Shown here: piece after piece, positions 27,823 through 37,160 of the stretch
Layout of the letters: every line of letters begins with the position of its first letter
How positions within the stretch are numbered: position 1 is the first letter of the stretch
Assembly: GCF_044324875.1 (NCBI RefSeq)
Contig: NZ_CP172185.1
Strand: one strand, 5' to 3'
DNA from: Escherichia coli
GTDB taxonomy: Bacteria > Pseudomonadota > Gammaproteobacteria > Enterobacterales > Enterobacteriaceae
Length of the DNA: 64,000 nucleotides
The notes under the pieces: generated by a model
What the model was told of the DNA's origin: nothing
The model's database searches: none
Seen by the model: the letters and a program-made list of their open reading frames with translations, nothing else
Position numbers and translations under genes: made by a program

Positions 27823-27921
27823 TCGCGTATTTTTCTCACTGCCTCCCTGATAAAGAAAACAGACCACCATCAGGGAGGTCTGTTTTCTTATTGTGTTTAC
27901 TGAACTTTAAGGAAACAAATT

Positions 27922-28125
27922 ATGACTTCTACAAACGGTATTCTCGCAGCTGCGGCAGGTTATACATTACCTCTGGAAATACTCAAAAGTGGGCGCGGAT
28001 ATTATATTGGCACTCAGTGTTGTGAGGGGCCGGTATCCCGTGAATCAGAAGAGTATTTCAAAAAATATGAGCAGGCTGAGCGGGCGCTGAAAAATGGCAC
28101 CTGGACACAACGTCATGCCTGGTAA
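27922..28125 (+). CDS. Small hypothetical protein
   Basis: 67 aa. AAGGAAACA region upstream. Confidence 0.45.
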   Translation: MTSTNGILAAAAGYTLPLEILKSGRGYYIGTQCCEGPVSRESEEYFKKYEQAERALKNGTWTQRHAW

Positions 28126-28137
28126 TGAGGAGGTGCT

Positions 28138-28695
28138 ATGGCTTCACGTGGCGTAAACAAAGTTATCCTGATAGGACATCTGGGGCAGGATCCGGATATC
28201 CGGTATTTCCCCAATGGCGGTGGCGTTGTGGCGAATCTGTCACTGGCGACCAGCGACACCTGGCGGGATAAACAGAGCGGTGAAATGAAGGAAGTCACTG
28301 AATGGCACCGCGTTGTTCTCTATGGAAAACTGGCTGAAGTTGCCTGCGAGTACCTGCATAAGGGGTCGCAGGTGTATATAGAAGGCCAGCTTAAAACCCG
28401 TAAATGGTTTGACCAGCAGAATGGTGTGGACCGTTATTCAACTGAGGTTGTTGTGGGCGTGAATGGTGTCATGCAGATGCTGGGTTCATCGCGTCAGCAG
28501 GGCGCTTCCGGTAATGGTGCTTCAGCACCGGCACAAGGGGGCCAGGGACAGCCGCCGAAGACGACCGGACAGACTGGTCGTGCTACCCGGACAACTTCAA
28601 CAGGTAATGGTGCTCCACCTGTGGACTTTGACGATGATATCCCCTTTATGGGGATCGGGTATGGCATGGAACGGCGAATTATTCATGCCATGTAA
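28138..28695 (+). CDS. ssb: Single-stranded DNA-binding protein
   Basis: [20 protein letters not shown]...TEWHRVVL..., a Gly/Gln-rich linker and the C-terminal DFDDDIPF tail. Confidence 0.93.
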   Translation: MASRGVNKVILIGHLGQDPDIRYFPNGGGVVANLSLATSDTWRDKQSGEMKEVTEWHRVVLYGKLAEVACEYLHKGSQVYIEGQLKTRKWFDQQNGVDRYSTEVVVGVNGVMQMLGSSRQQGASGNGASAPAQGGQGQPPKTTGQTGRATRTTSTGNGAPPVDFDDDIPFMGIGYGMERRIIHAM

Positions 28696-28741
28696 TATTA
28701 ACCATGGGGCGATACGCCCCACTTTTTTATCCGGAGGTTAC

Positions 28742-29734
28742 GTGAGTGAAAAAGTTAACAAAATCACTATGATTCATGACGGGGCGTTAAAGAAGACGCT
28801 TGAAGATCCCGCAGCAGTAAGGGACTTTCTTGAACAGGTCTTGACACACGATCAGATATCCCGCTGTAATCTTGATACAATAGAAGTTGAAAAGAATTCG
28901 TTCGTGACGGAAAGTTTGCGTCAGCATGCCTGTGATGTTTTGATCAGCATGAAGACAAACGACGGCAGGGACGGATACATTTATACCTTAATCGAGCACC
29001 AGAGTTCGCCGGATAAATTCATCCCGCTGCGTATGATGCGATATATCCTGGCTGTAATGGAGCAACATGTTGAAAAGCATAAGTGTGCACCTGTGGTGAT
29101 CCCCGTGCTGTTTTATCATGGTGCAGTGCGGCCATATCCGTATCCGCTGAACTGGGTGGATTGTCTGGATGACCCGGAGTACGGACGTGAGATTTATGGC
29201 GAGTCAAAGCCATTCAGTCTGGTGGATGTCAGTACGCTTGATGATGATGAAATTGAGCAGTATCGCCGGATGGCGGCGCTGATGTACACCATGAAGTCCG
29301 GAACTCAGGGTGATTTGATTGAGCTGATTGGTAAATCGATCACACTGACGGATAAGTATGGCAGCAGCGTTCACCTGAATACGGTGCTTACTTATCTGAT
29401 GGAACTTTACCAGATGGATGTTGCTGAACTTTTTGAAGCAATATCCACACACTATCCCAGCCACAAGGGGGTGATTATGACGATAGCGGAACAACTGGAA
29501 GAGAAAGGCCTTGAGAAAGGCCGTGCTGAAGGTCTTGCTGAAGGCCGTGCTGAAGGCCGTGCTGAAGGTCTTGCTGAAGGTCTTGCTGAAGGCCGTGCTG
29601 AAGAGCGTCAAAAAGCGCTTGCAGAAACCTATGCATCTGTCCGTCGCATGAGTGATATGGGGATGTCAACAGAAGTTATTAAGCAAGCTCTTCAGCTTTC
29701 TGATGAACAGATTCAGGAAGCGCTTAATAATTAA
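28742..29734 (+). CDS. Rpn-family recombination-promoting nuclease (YhgA-like PD-(D/E)xK)
   Basis: GGAGG then GTG 28742 (alternative ATG at 28769). HDGALKKTL, DVLISMKT...IYTLIEHQS, and C-terminal AEG[RL] tandem repeats. The longer track ORF from 28463 overlaps ssb and is rejected. Confidence 0.8.
   Translation: MSEKVNKITMIHDGALKKTLEDPAAVRDFLEQVLTHDQISRCNLDTIEVEKNSFVTESLRQHACDVLISMKTNDGRDGYIYTLIEHQSSPDKFIPLRMMRYILAVMEQHVEKHKCAPVVIPVLFYHGAVRPYPYPLNWVDCLDDPEYGREIYGESKPFSLVDVSTLDDDEIEQYRRMAALMYTMKSGTQGDLIELIGKSITLTDKYGSSVHLNTVLTYLMELYQMDVAELFEAISTHYPSHKGVIMTIAEQLEEKGLEKGRAEGLAEGRAEGRAEGLAEGLAEGRAEERQKALAETYASVRRMSDMGMSTEVIKQALQLSDEQIQEALNN
29477..29734 (+). CDS. Candidate nested in-frame small ORF (RpnS-type) inside the Rpn gene
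   Basis: AAGGGGGTG lies 4-5 nt upstream of the in-frame ATG 29477 (MTIAEQLEEKGLEKGRAEG...). Would give an 85-aa product. Confidence 0.4.
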   Translation: MTIAEQLEEKGLEKGRAEGLAEGRAEGRAEGLAEGLAEGRAEERQKALAETYASVRRMSDMGMSTEVIKQALQLSDEQIQEALNN

Positions 29735-29924
29735 CCTCACATCGTAATGATGTGGCAGAGCGCGACTGATGCGTCAGAATGCGTGATGCCCTGTGAACAC
29801 AGCGCCTGCCATTGTGCAGGCGTTTTTTTTGTCAACCGGAAATCAGTTGTTCATTGAGCCTCCCCTCACTTCTTCTGCAAATTGACCTCTGACTTTATCA
29901 CTTCACTGCAGAGGTAATTCCCTG

Positions 29925-30503
29925 ATGAAAATATCCCTTCTTTTTTCCGCGCTGTCTGCCTGTGTGTTGCTGGCGGGGTGCCAGAGTCCGCAAAAACTGC
30001 AGCAGAGGGCGGCTGCCGTCCCGGTACCGTCGGTGACAGTCAGCAACAATGTCCGTCCGGCAAATCCGGATGTGTACGCCGGTGCGGCGACACCGGAGGT
30101 GGTGCGTTATGACCGCTATCTGCTGGTTAACACGGCACCGGATACGGTACAGCGTGACCCGCTTTCCCAGGTGATTGACATCCGCATTCCGGCATCACTG
30201 AAGCCGACGGTGGCGGATGCGATGCGTTATGCCCTGAAACAGTCCGGCTACACACTCTGCGCCACGGGGCCTGCCAACGGTGTGCTCTACCGTCAGCCGC
30301 TACCGGCCGTGCAGTACCAGACCGGGCCGGTCAGACTGCGGAGCGCGCTGCAGATGATGGCGGGGCCGGCATGGCAGCTTGAGGTGGATGATGTGCAGCG
30401 CGTGGTCTGTCACAGTCTGCGTGAGGGTTATCAGTTACCGGCACGCCAGCTGGCGCCGGTACCGGCGGTGGTGAAGGTATCCGGTGCGGAGCAGAAAAAA
30501 TGA
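29925..30503 (+). CDS. PilL-like conjugative-region lipoprotein
   Basis: Lipobox LLAGC. VVRYDRYLLVNTAP...TVADAMRYALKQSGYTLC matches the PilL/PilL2 pattern (memory). Confidence 0.65.
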   Translation: MKISLLFSALSACVLLAGCQSPQKLQQRAAAVPVPSVTVSNNVRPANPDVYAGAATPEVVRYDRYLLVNTAPDTVQRDPLSQVIDIRIPASLKPTVADAMRYALKQSGYTLCATGPANGVLYRQPLPAVQYQTGPVRLRSALQMMAGPAWQLEVDDVQRVVCHSLREGYQLPARQLAPVPAVVKVSGAEQKK

Positions 30504-31279
30504 GTGAAAAGCAACAGGAGATATCAGCCGCTGCAGGTGGTTCAGGTGGCACCACACCGTCAGGAAGGGTGAAACGGCGTCCCTCTCCCGGTCTGTTCGC
30601 AGGGCTGGTGACGGTGGTGATGATGGCGATCGCGGTTGCCGGTCTGGTTCGTTATACGGGAGAGCAGGACAGGCGAATGACTGCGCTGGCGGTGCAGATG
30701 AAGGCGTATTCTGATGCGCTCGCCTTGTCCGGAACGGAACTGGTACCACTGAGGGAGAGGCTGGCTGAGACCGAAAAACAGCTGAAGAGTGTGGCGGAAC
30801 GTATTTCTCAGCTGGAAAAGCGTCCTGCACTGACGGAGGAAGAGCATGCGCGTACGGGAGAGATGGCCGCCAGCCTGGCATCACTGCAGACCTCACTGGC
30901 GCAACAGGGAGAAACGCTTCGCACGTATGAGCAGCGACTGGAGAAGGTGGAGAAGACTTCAGTCACCCCGGTATCACCGTCATCTGCGAAAGGCGCGGGC
31001 GGGACGATGAAGGGCACAGCGGCGGTTGCGCCACAGAAGAAACGAATGTCTGCCGGCGTGCCGGTGGTCAGTCGTACCGCGCCGTTTGTTCTGACCGGGA
31101 CAGAGCAGCGGGGAGGCCGTACGTATGCGGCAGTGGCCCCCCGTGGATTCAGCAGTCTTGCTGATGTGACGTTACTGGGTGAAGGGGAGAGCACGACAGG
31201 CTGGGTGCTTGAGCGTGCAGGACGTGGCGAGGCCACGTTCCGGGTGAATGGTCGTCAGGTCCGGGTCATGGTGGAGTGA
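30500..31279 (+). CDS. ICE T4SS-region protein (TM helix plus coiled coil)
   Basis: Translationally coupled (ATGA). One TM helix (LFAGLVTVVMMAIAVAGLV). Confidence 0.6.
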   Translation: MSEKQQEISAAAGGSGGTTPSGRVKRRPSPGLFAGLVTVVMMAIAVAGLVRYTGEQDRRMTALAVQMKAYSDALALSGTELVPLRERLAETEKQLKSVAERISQLEKRPALTEEEHARTGEMAASLASLQTSLAQQGETLRTYEQRLEKVEKTSVTPVSPSSAKGAGGTMKGTAAVAPQKKRMSAGVPVVSRTAPFVLTGTEQRGGRTYAAVAPRGFSSLADVTLLGEGESTTGWVLERAGRGEATFRVNGRQVRVMVE

Positions 31280-31283
31280 GAAA

Positions 31284-32003
31284 ATGAAGCTGAAAAGTCT
31301 GTCACTGGCGCTCATGCTGCTGTCCCTGCAGGCGATGGCCGCCGTACAGGAGAGTACGCAGCAGGGAACGCGCACCTCCTCATCCTCTCAGGTCAGTACC
31401 ACCACACAGGAACTGCAGCAGCAGGCCGGGCAGTGGGGACTCAGTGAGGAAGATTACCGGCGTTACCGTACCCTGATGGAAGGTCCCCGCGGTATTCAGT
31501 CTCCGGGGCTGGACCCGCTGACGGTACTGGGGATTGAAGCGCGGACGGATGCAGAGCGCAGGGTGCTGGCCGAAAAATGGGTTAAAGCTGAGTATGAACG
31601 CACTGAGAAGGAACTGGCTTTCCAGCGTGAAGTGAATGCCGCCTGGAAACGGTTGTATCCGGGGGTGATGCCGGTCAGCCTGGGGAATTCTGCCGGCATC
31701 GCCCGTGACACCGGGGGACGTCTTGCCCTGTTTGTCAGGTCGAAAGACTGCAGTACCTGTGATGCGCGGCTGGCCGCCGTGCTTTCATCCGGTCGTCAGG
31801 TGGATATTTACCTGGTCGACAGTCAGGGAAATGATGAAAAGCTGAGGCAGTGGGCCCGGGAGCACAGTATCCCGGCAGACCGTGTGCGCAGTCGCCACAT
31901 CACGCTGAACCATGACGGCGGTCGCTGGCTGCGGTTTGGGGAGGGGAGAATGCCGGTGGTACTTCAGCAGGGGGCTGACGGATGGCGCGTGGCAGCCTTC
32001 TGA
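31284..32003 (+). CDS. Thioredoxin-fold ICE protein (PFL_4693-family-like)
   Basis: Signal peptide MKLKSLSLALMLLSLQAMA. CSTC redox motif. Confidence 0.6.
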   Translation: MKLKSLSLALMLLSLQAMAAVQESTQQGTRTSSSSQVSTTTQELQQQAGQWGLSEEDYRRYRTLMEGPRGIQSPGLDPLTVLGIEARTDAERRVLAEKWVKAEYERTEKELAFQREVNAAWKRLYPGVMPVSLGNSAGIARDTGGRLALFVRSKDCSTCDARLAAVLSSGRQVDIYLVDSQGNDEKLRQWAREHSIPADRVRSRHITLNHDGGRWLRFGEGRMPVVLQQGADGWRVAAF

Positions 32004-32638
32004 TGTCGCTGCTGCTGATGGCAGTCAGCATTCCGGCGGGGGCGGCGCTGCATGATATCCCGGAGGGATACGTGCGTGTGGCGGAACAGCATGGTGTTCC
32101 GGCAGAAGTACTCTATGCCGTCTCGCTGACCGAGACGGCCATGGTCCCCTCCGCCATTGGTGCTGTAATGAAAAAACGGAATGAGGATTACAGGGTACCA
32201 GCAGTGGCACGTCCCTGGCCCTGGACCATCAATGTGGCGGGCCGGGGATACCGCTATGCCAGTCGACTGGAGGCCTGGCAGGCCCTCCAGGTTTTTCTGA
32301 AACGATATCCGGCCCGACGGATTGATGTGGGGATAGCCCAGGTCAATCTGGGCTGGAACGGGCACCGTTTTGCGTCCACATGGGCGGCATTTGACCCGTA
32401 CACCAGTCTGAACACGGCGGCGGTCATCCTGAGAGAATGTCGCCGTCGCCATCCTGACAGCTGGCTGCAGGCTGCCGGCTGTTATCACCATCCGGCAGGC
32501 GGCGCACCCGCAGTACGCTACATCGCGCTGGTGAGGCGGCATATTGACCGCCTCCACCGTGATGCGGTCAGTACGTCAGGTGTGACTGCCATGAATCCCC
32601 GTTATATCCGGACAGAACCCCGGGAGTTAACCCCATGA
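31982..32638 (+). CDS. Lytic transglycosylase (SLT domain)
   Basis: Signal peptide. VLYAVSLTETAM and DVGIAQVN motifs. Confidence 0.7.
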   Translation: MARGSLLMSLLLMAVSIPAGAALHDIPEGYVRVAEQHGVPAEVLYAVSLTETAMVPSAIGAVMKKRNEDYRVPAVARPWPWTINVAGRGYRYASRLEAWQALQVFLKRYPARRIDVGIAQVNLGWNGHRFASTWAAFDPYTSLNTAAVILRECRRRHPDSWLQAAGCYHHPAGGAPAVRYIALVRRHIDRLHRDAVSTSGVTAMNPRYIRTEPRELTP

Positions 32639-33162
32639 AACGATTTAAACGATATGTCATGACGACCGCAACGGGTCTGTTGCTGTGCGCGGCTCAGGCC
32701 GGCGCGGAGCTCAGGGTGATTGCTGACCTTGGTGGCAGTGATGCCGGCAGGTTTTATGAAGCAATAAACCGCCAGGCGGACAGCGGAACGTCGTCGCCTG
32801 TCACGGCGCTGCTGCCGCAGGGGGAGAGTGCGATGCTGCCGGTGTCCACACCGGAAATGTCTCCCGGAGAGGTGACGCCGAGATCACTGCAGTTACCGGG
32901 GCTGGGGGCACTGTTCCTCGTGGGGGATGATGCACTCTCCCGTCAGTGGCTGCAGACGAATGCGGCCGCGCTGCTTGAAAGGAAGGCTGCCGGTATGGTG
33001 GTGAGCGTGACGAATGAGAGCGGTCTGCAGGCGCTGCGGGCGCTGGCTCCCGGTGTGATGATGGTACCGGCTTCCGGTTCAGCACTGGCCCGCCGTCTGC
33101 AGCTTGACCACTGGCCGGTGCTGATAACGGACAGTGGTATCAGCAGTGTGGTGATGCCGTGA
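32635..33162 (+). CDS. PFL_4695-family-like periplasmic ICE protein
   Basis: Signal peptide ...AAQAGAE. Coupled to neighbouring genes. Confidence 0.55.
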   Translation: MKRFKRYVMTTATGLLLCAAQAGAELRVIADLGGSDAGRFYEAINRQADSGTSSPVTALLPQGESAMLPVSTPEMSPGEVTPRSLQLPGLGALFLVGDDALSRQWLQTNAAALLERKAAGMVVSVTNESGLQALRALAPGVMMVPASGSALARRLQLDHWPVLITDSGISSVVMP

Positions 33163-33752
33163 TGCAGAGACAACTGACGGACCTGTTACAGGAAGGCACG
33201 TGGCACGGCATTCTGCTGTGCGTACTGGTCGTGCTGTTTCTGTTTTTTCCGCTCCTGTGGGGGCGATGCAGACGTCGTGAACGCGCCAGTGAGCGTCGTC
33301 ACCGCCGTTACCGCGCTGCGGCTGAACGTGTGCTGACAAAGCTGCCGGAAGGTGGGGCGGGTGTGAAATACCTGCGAAAAATTAACCCGTATGTGTTTGA
33401 AGAACTGCTGCTTCTGGCGTTTGAACGCAGGGGGATGGCGGTCATCCGTAACACACGTTACAGCGGAGATGGTGGCCTGGATGGTCAGGTGCTGATTGAC
33501 GGCGAGCGGTGGCTGATTCAGGCCAAACGTTACGGACGGACCATCCGTCCGTCACATATTGATGATTTTGGTGACCTGCTGCGCCGTGAAGGCTGCCGTG
33601 GATTTTTTATTCACACCGGTCGTACGGGACCGGCCAGCCGGGCACGGCTGGCGCTGTGGCCGGATATTGAGCTGGTCAGCGGGCAGCGTCTGCTGAAACT
33701 GCTGAACGGGGCATTGCTGCCGGATGAACTTACCAGAGGAGCGCGGAGATGA
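33159..33752 (+). CDS. Membrane-anchored Mrr-type restriction-endonuclease-fold protein
   Basis: N-terminal TM helix (WHGILLCVLVVLFLFFPLLW), then FEELLLLAFERRG...YSGDGGLDGQV...WLIQAKRY (Mrr_cat D...QxK). Confidence 0.65.
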   Translation: MMQRQLTDLLQEGTWHGILLCVLVVLFLFFPLLWGRCRRRERASERRHRRYRAAAERVLTKLPEGGAGVKYLRKINPYVFEELLLLAFERRGMAVIRNTRYSGDGGLDGQVLIDGERWLIQAKRYGRTIRPSHIDDFGDLLRREGCRGFFIHTGRTGPASRARLALWPDIELVSGQRLLKLLNGALLPDELTRGARR

Positions 33753-34261
33753 TGACGGTAAAACGGATGTTTATGTTTTTATTCAGAATAACGATTGTCT
33801 GGCCATCCATGCTGACAGGATGCGTGATGATGCTGTATTTCGCGGAGGTCGCCGGCGGTGGTGTGGCGGGACTGGAGCAGCGTTACGGGGTGGAATCCGC
33901 CCGCTGGCGTGATGCGCCGGAAGGGATGGTGATGACAGCGCAGTGCCCGTCGCGTCCCTTTATGGCGCCTGTGAGTGCCGGGGAGTGGCGTGCACTGGCT
34001 GCATCTGATGATGAATGCAGCCAGGTTCCGCGCTCTTTCAGAGAAGCTGCAGAGGGCGATGTGCAGTCGCTGCGCAGAGTGGCACTGACACTTCTGCTGG
34101 CATCCGTGGTTCTGGAAGCGCTTTCAGCCTGCATTCTGCGCCGGGTAACGGCATCCGTCCGGGTATCACCACACTGTGGATATGGCTGCGGACGTGGTGC
34201 GGTGGCGCACTGGCCAGAGAGTCGCGTTCACGCTGCACCGGAGAAAGGAGAGCGGGTGTGA
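33749..34261 (+). CDS. Hypothetical membrane protein
   Basis: Coupled start. Hydrophobic N-terminus. Confidence 0.5.
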   Translation: MMTVKRMFMFLFRITIVWPSMLTGCVMMLYFAEVAGGGVAGLEQRYGVESARWRDAPEGMVMTAQCPSRPFMAPVSAGEWRALAASDDECSQVPRSFREAAEGDVQSLRRVALTLLLASVVLEALSACILRRVTASVRVSPHCGYGCGRGAVAHWPESRVHAAPEKGERV

Positions 34262-35043
34262 ACGTTTCATTTACTGAACAGGTGCAGAGGGATATGCCGC
34301 AATGGGCGAATGACCCGTTACTGGCATGGGATGCCACCGCGTTTGCGGCAATGTCGGATTTTATTACAGAGCACTACTGGACGGGACAGGGCAGCATCAA
34401 TGTGTTCCGCATTGTGGGAACTGACCATCCACAGTATGCCGGAATGACCTGGCTGGAGCTGCTGGAGCGCGGTAACCGTATGGACATCAATATCCCGTTA
34501 CTGGAAAAAAATCCGGGATACTACACGCAGGCAGAGCAACAGCATGCCGGGATGAGTTTTGTCAGCACGGATGGCGTTGACTGGTATGTCAGTACAGACG
34601 GCAATCACCGCAGTTGCCTGGCACGCTTTCTGTTTCACCTGCAGGGGGAGGAGCGCACACAGCTTCACAACGTGGCACAGAGTATTTATCACACAGACCG
34701 GGCGTTCTGGTCTGCCTGCCGGGAAATCCACAACCTGACTGACGCGCTGTCCCGGCATGGTGTATATATCCGTCTGCAGATCCGACGGCAGTGTGTTGCC
34801 CGCGAAGACCTGGCCTGCTGGAAAGTGGACCGTTTCAGCACAGAGGCGCAGCTGACAGTGGATGACGTGCGTGCCGGCGGACATGATATGCCTGCGGTGT
34901 ATAAGACGTTGCTGCTGAATGCGGCAGACGCATGGCGTGAGGTGATGGTATTACAGCGCAGACTGGAGGCGCTGTCTGCATCACCGGGGAACGATTTGCC
35001 ACGCACATGGTGGCGACGTCTTTTACGGAAGGGGGACATGTAA
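34258..35043 (+). CDS. Conserved ICE protein, possible ParB/Srx-fold (DGNHR)
   Basis: AAGGAG 6 nt upstream of GTG 34258, which overlaps the upstream stop. YVSTDGNHRSCLARF motif. The longer track ORF from 34015 is rejected. Confidence 0.5.
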   Translation: MNVSFTEQVQRDMPQWANDPLLAWDATAFAAMSDFITEHYWTGQGSINVFRIVGTDHPQYAGMTWLELLERGNRMDINIPLLEKNPGYYTQAEQQHAGMSFVSTDGVDWYVSTDGNHRSCLARFLFHLQGEERTQLHNVAQSIYHTDRAFWSACREIHNLTDALSRHGVYIRLQIRRQCVAREDLACWKVDRFSTEAQLTVDDVRAGGHDMPAVYKTLLLNAADAWREVMVLQRRLEALSASPGNDLPRTWWRRLLRKGDM

Positions 35044-37160
35044 TGAGCAACCGCTATGTCATTGAGGCATTGCTGAGACCGGCTGTGGAGTTCAATACGG
35101 CAGTGGTGGCAGCAACAGCAGCATGTATCTGTGTGACAGCCCCCTGGGCGGTGGCGCTGGCACCCACCGTCAGTTACGCCACTGCCGGTGGATTTGCCCT
35201 GCTGGCCGTGGTGCGTTTCCGGCAGGGGATGAACATCATCCGGTATCGCCGTAATCTGCGCCGGCTGCCCCGCTATGTGATGAGTACACGGCAGATCCCG
35301 CTCAGCCGTCAGCGGCTGTTTCTGGGGCGGGGATTTCGCTGGACCCAGAAGCATACCCAGCGTCTCCAGGATACGCTGCGACCGGAGGTGGCACACTATC
35401 TGCAGCCGGGCGGACTTTACCGGCTGGCGCGCTGGCTGGAAATGAAAACGGAACACCGTCTGCCCGCGCTGGGGAAACTGCTCCGGCATGAGTCGTCGCT
35501 GAATCCTGTGCGTCCTCTGCCGCCGGTGGGGGGAAATCCCGCCCTGCATGGTATTGAGCCGGATGAACAGGATGTGACGCTGGCTCTGGGGGAGCGTGTG
35601 GGGCATACCATTGTCTACGGCACCACCCGTGTCGGTAAAACCCGCCTGGCAGAACTGCTGGTCACTCAGGATATTCGCAGGGGAGAGGTGACCATTGTTT
35701 TTGATCCCAAAGGTGATGCTGATCTGCTGCTGCGTGTCTGGGCGGAAGCACACCGTGCCGGGCGGGGTGATGAACTGTATATTTTCCATCTGGGATGGCC
35801 GGAAATTTCGGCCCGATATAATGCGGTGGGACGCTTCGGGCGTGTTTCGGAAGTGGCTTCCCGTGTGGCCGGGCAGTTGTCCGGTGAAGGGAACTCGGCG
35901 GCTTTCCGCGAGTTCGCCTGGCGGTTCGTCAACATCATTTCCCGCGCCCTGGTGGCACTCGGTGAGCGCCCGGACTACCTGCTGATTGTGCGGTATGTGA
36001 ACAACATAGCCGATCTCTATATCCGCTATGCCGGAAAGGTGATCCGCGAGCGCATGCCGGAACTGGAGCAGGCGATTGCGAATAACCAGAATGTGATCAG
36101 CGAGGAGGATGTTCCCCGCACCATGCAGAACCAGCCGGATGCGGTACGTATCTGGTCCATCGAGATGGCCCTGAGCAGTGAGGAGGGTAAAAAAATTTAC
36201 GATCCGATCCTGGACGGGCTTCGCAGTGCGGTCCGCTATGACCGTACCTATTTTGACAAAATCGTGGCGTCCCTGCTGCCGCTGCTGGAAAAACTCACCA
36301 CGGGCAGGATCGCAGAGCTGCTGGCACCGGACTATCTGGACATGAACGATGCGCGACCGATTTTTGACTGGGAACAGGTGATCCGTAAAAAGGCGGTGGT
36401 CTATATCGGCCTGGATGCACTCAGCGACAGTGTGGTAGCCAGTGCTGTGGGGAATTCGATGTTTGCGGACCTGGTGAGCGTGGCGGGGCATATCTACAAG
36501 CACGGCATGCATGCCGGTCTGCCCGGTAAGGGGGAAGGCAAAAATGTGGTGAACCTGCACTGCGATGAGTTTAACGAACTGATGGGGGATGAGTTTATTC
36601 CGCTCATTAACAAGGGGGGCGGTGCCGGTATGCAGGTCACCGCGTACACCCAGACATCGTCAGATATTGAAGCGCGTATCGGTAATGCAGCCAAAACGGC
36701 GCAGGTTCAGGGAAACTTCAACAACATGATCATGCTGCGTGTCAGGGAGAACAGGACGGCAGAGCTGCTGACCACACAACTGCCTCAGGTGGAGATCTAC
36801 ACCAAGACGCTGGTCTCCGGTCACCAGGATACGGCGGACGTGTCTGCCGGTCAGGATTTCACGTCCAGCACCCAGGATCGTGTCGGCACGGTGAAGGTAC
36901 CTCTGCTGGAGCCGTCAGATATTGTCACCCTGCCCAAGGGACAGGCGTTTGCCCTGCTGGAAGGGGGGCAGCTGTGGAAAATCCGGATGCCGCTGCCGGC
37001 AGGGGATACGGATGACGTGCTGATGCCGGAGAACATTGCCCGGGTGGCAGAGGCGATGAGACAGAACTATCACACCGGTGAAGGATGGTGGAATGAGCCG
37101 CCGTCAGCGCAGGCCGCCGGAACAGATGAAGGAGGCGGATATGGCGGAAGCGCGTCGTGA
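35043..37160 (+). CDS. traD: Type IV coupling protein TraD (ICE class)
   Basis: Two N-terminal TM helices. Walker A GTTRVGKT. Walker B VVNLHCDEFNEL. Confidence 0.9.
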   Translation: MSNRYVIEALLRPAVEFNTAVVAATAACICVTAPWAVALAPTVSYATAGGFALLAVVRFRQGMNIIRYRRNLRRLPRYVMSTRQIPLSRQRLFLGRGFRWTQKHTQRLQDTLRPEVAHYLQPGGLYRLARWLEMKTEHRLPALGKLLRHESSLNPVRPLPPVGGNPALHGIEPDEQDVTLALGERVGHTIVYGTTRVGKTRLAELLVTQDIRRGEVTIVFDPKGDADLLLRVWAEAHRAGRGDELYIFHLGWPEISARYNAVGRFGRVSEVASRVAGQLSGEGNSAAFREFAWRFVNIISRALVALGERPDYLLIVRYVNNIADLYIRYAGKVIRERMPELEQAIANNQNVISEEDVPRTMQNQPDAVRIWSIEMALSSEEGKKIYDPILDGLRSAVRYDRTYFDKIVASLLPLLEKLTTGRIAELLAPDYLDMNDARPIFDWEQVIRKKAVVYIGLDALSDSVVASAVGNSMFADLVSVAGHIYKHGMHAGLPGKGEGKNVVNLHCDEFNELMGDEFIPLINKGGGAGMQVTAYTQTSSDIEARIGNAAKTAQVQGNFNNMIMLRVRENRTAELLTTQLPQVEIYTKTLVSGHQDTADVSAGQDFTSSTQDRVGTVKVPLLEPSDIVTLPKGQAFALLEGGQLWKIRMPLPAGDTDDVLMPENIARVAEAMRQNYHTGEGWWNEPPSAQAAGTDEGGGYGGSAS

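Noticed and set aside
28463-28741. N-terminal extension of the Rpn ORF (423-aa version)
   Set aside because: The extension overlaps the 3' part of ssb in another frame. A GGAGG-GTG start at 28742 gives the canonical Rpn N-terminus.
29204-29669. Minus-strand ORFs (135 aa and 64 aa) with FSKTFSTAFS / LQQDLQHG repeats
   Set aside because: They are antisense translation of the AEG[RL] coding repeat in the Rpn gene tail.
34689-36560. 623-aa ORF on the minus strand, the longest minus-strand ORF in the track
   Set aside because: It lies entirely antisense to the traD gene, which has clear Walker A/B motifs. It is Arg/His/Pro/Gln-rich and low-complexity, as expected for antisense frames in high-GC DNA. 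The same applies to 40479-41612, 43316-43981, 44051-44809, 44941-45546, 50801-51679 and 52414-52944.
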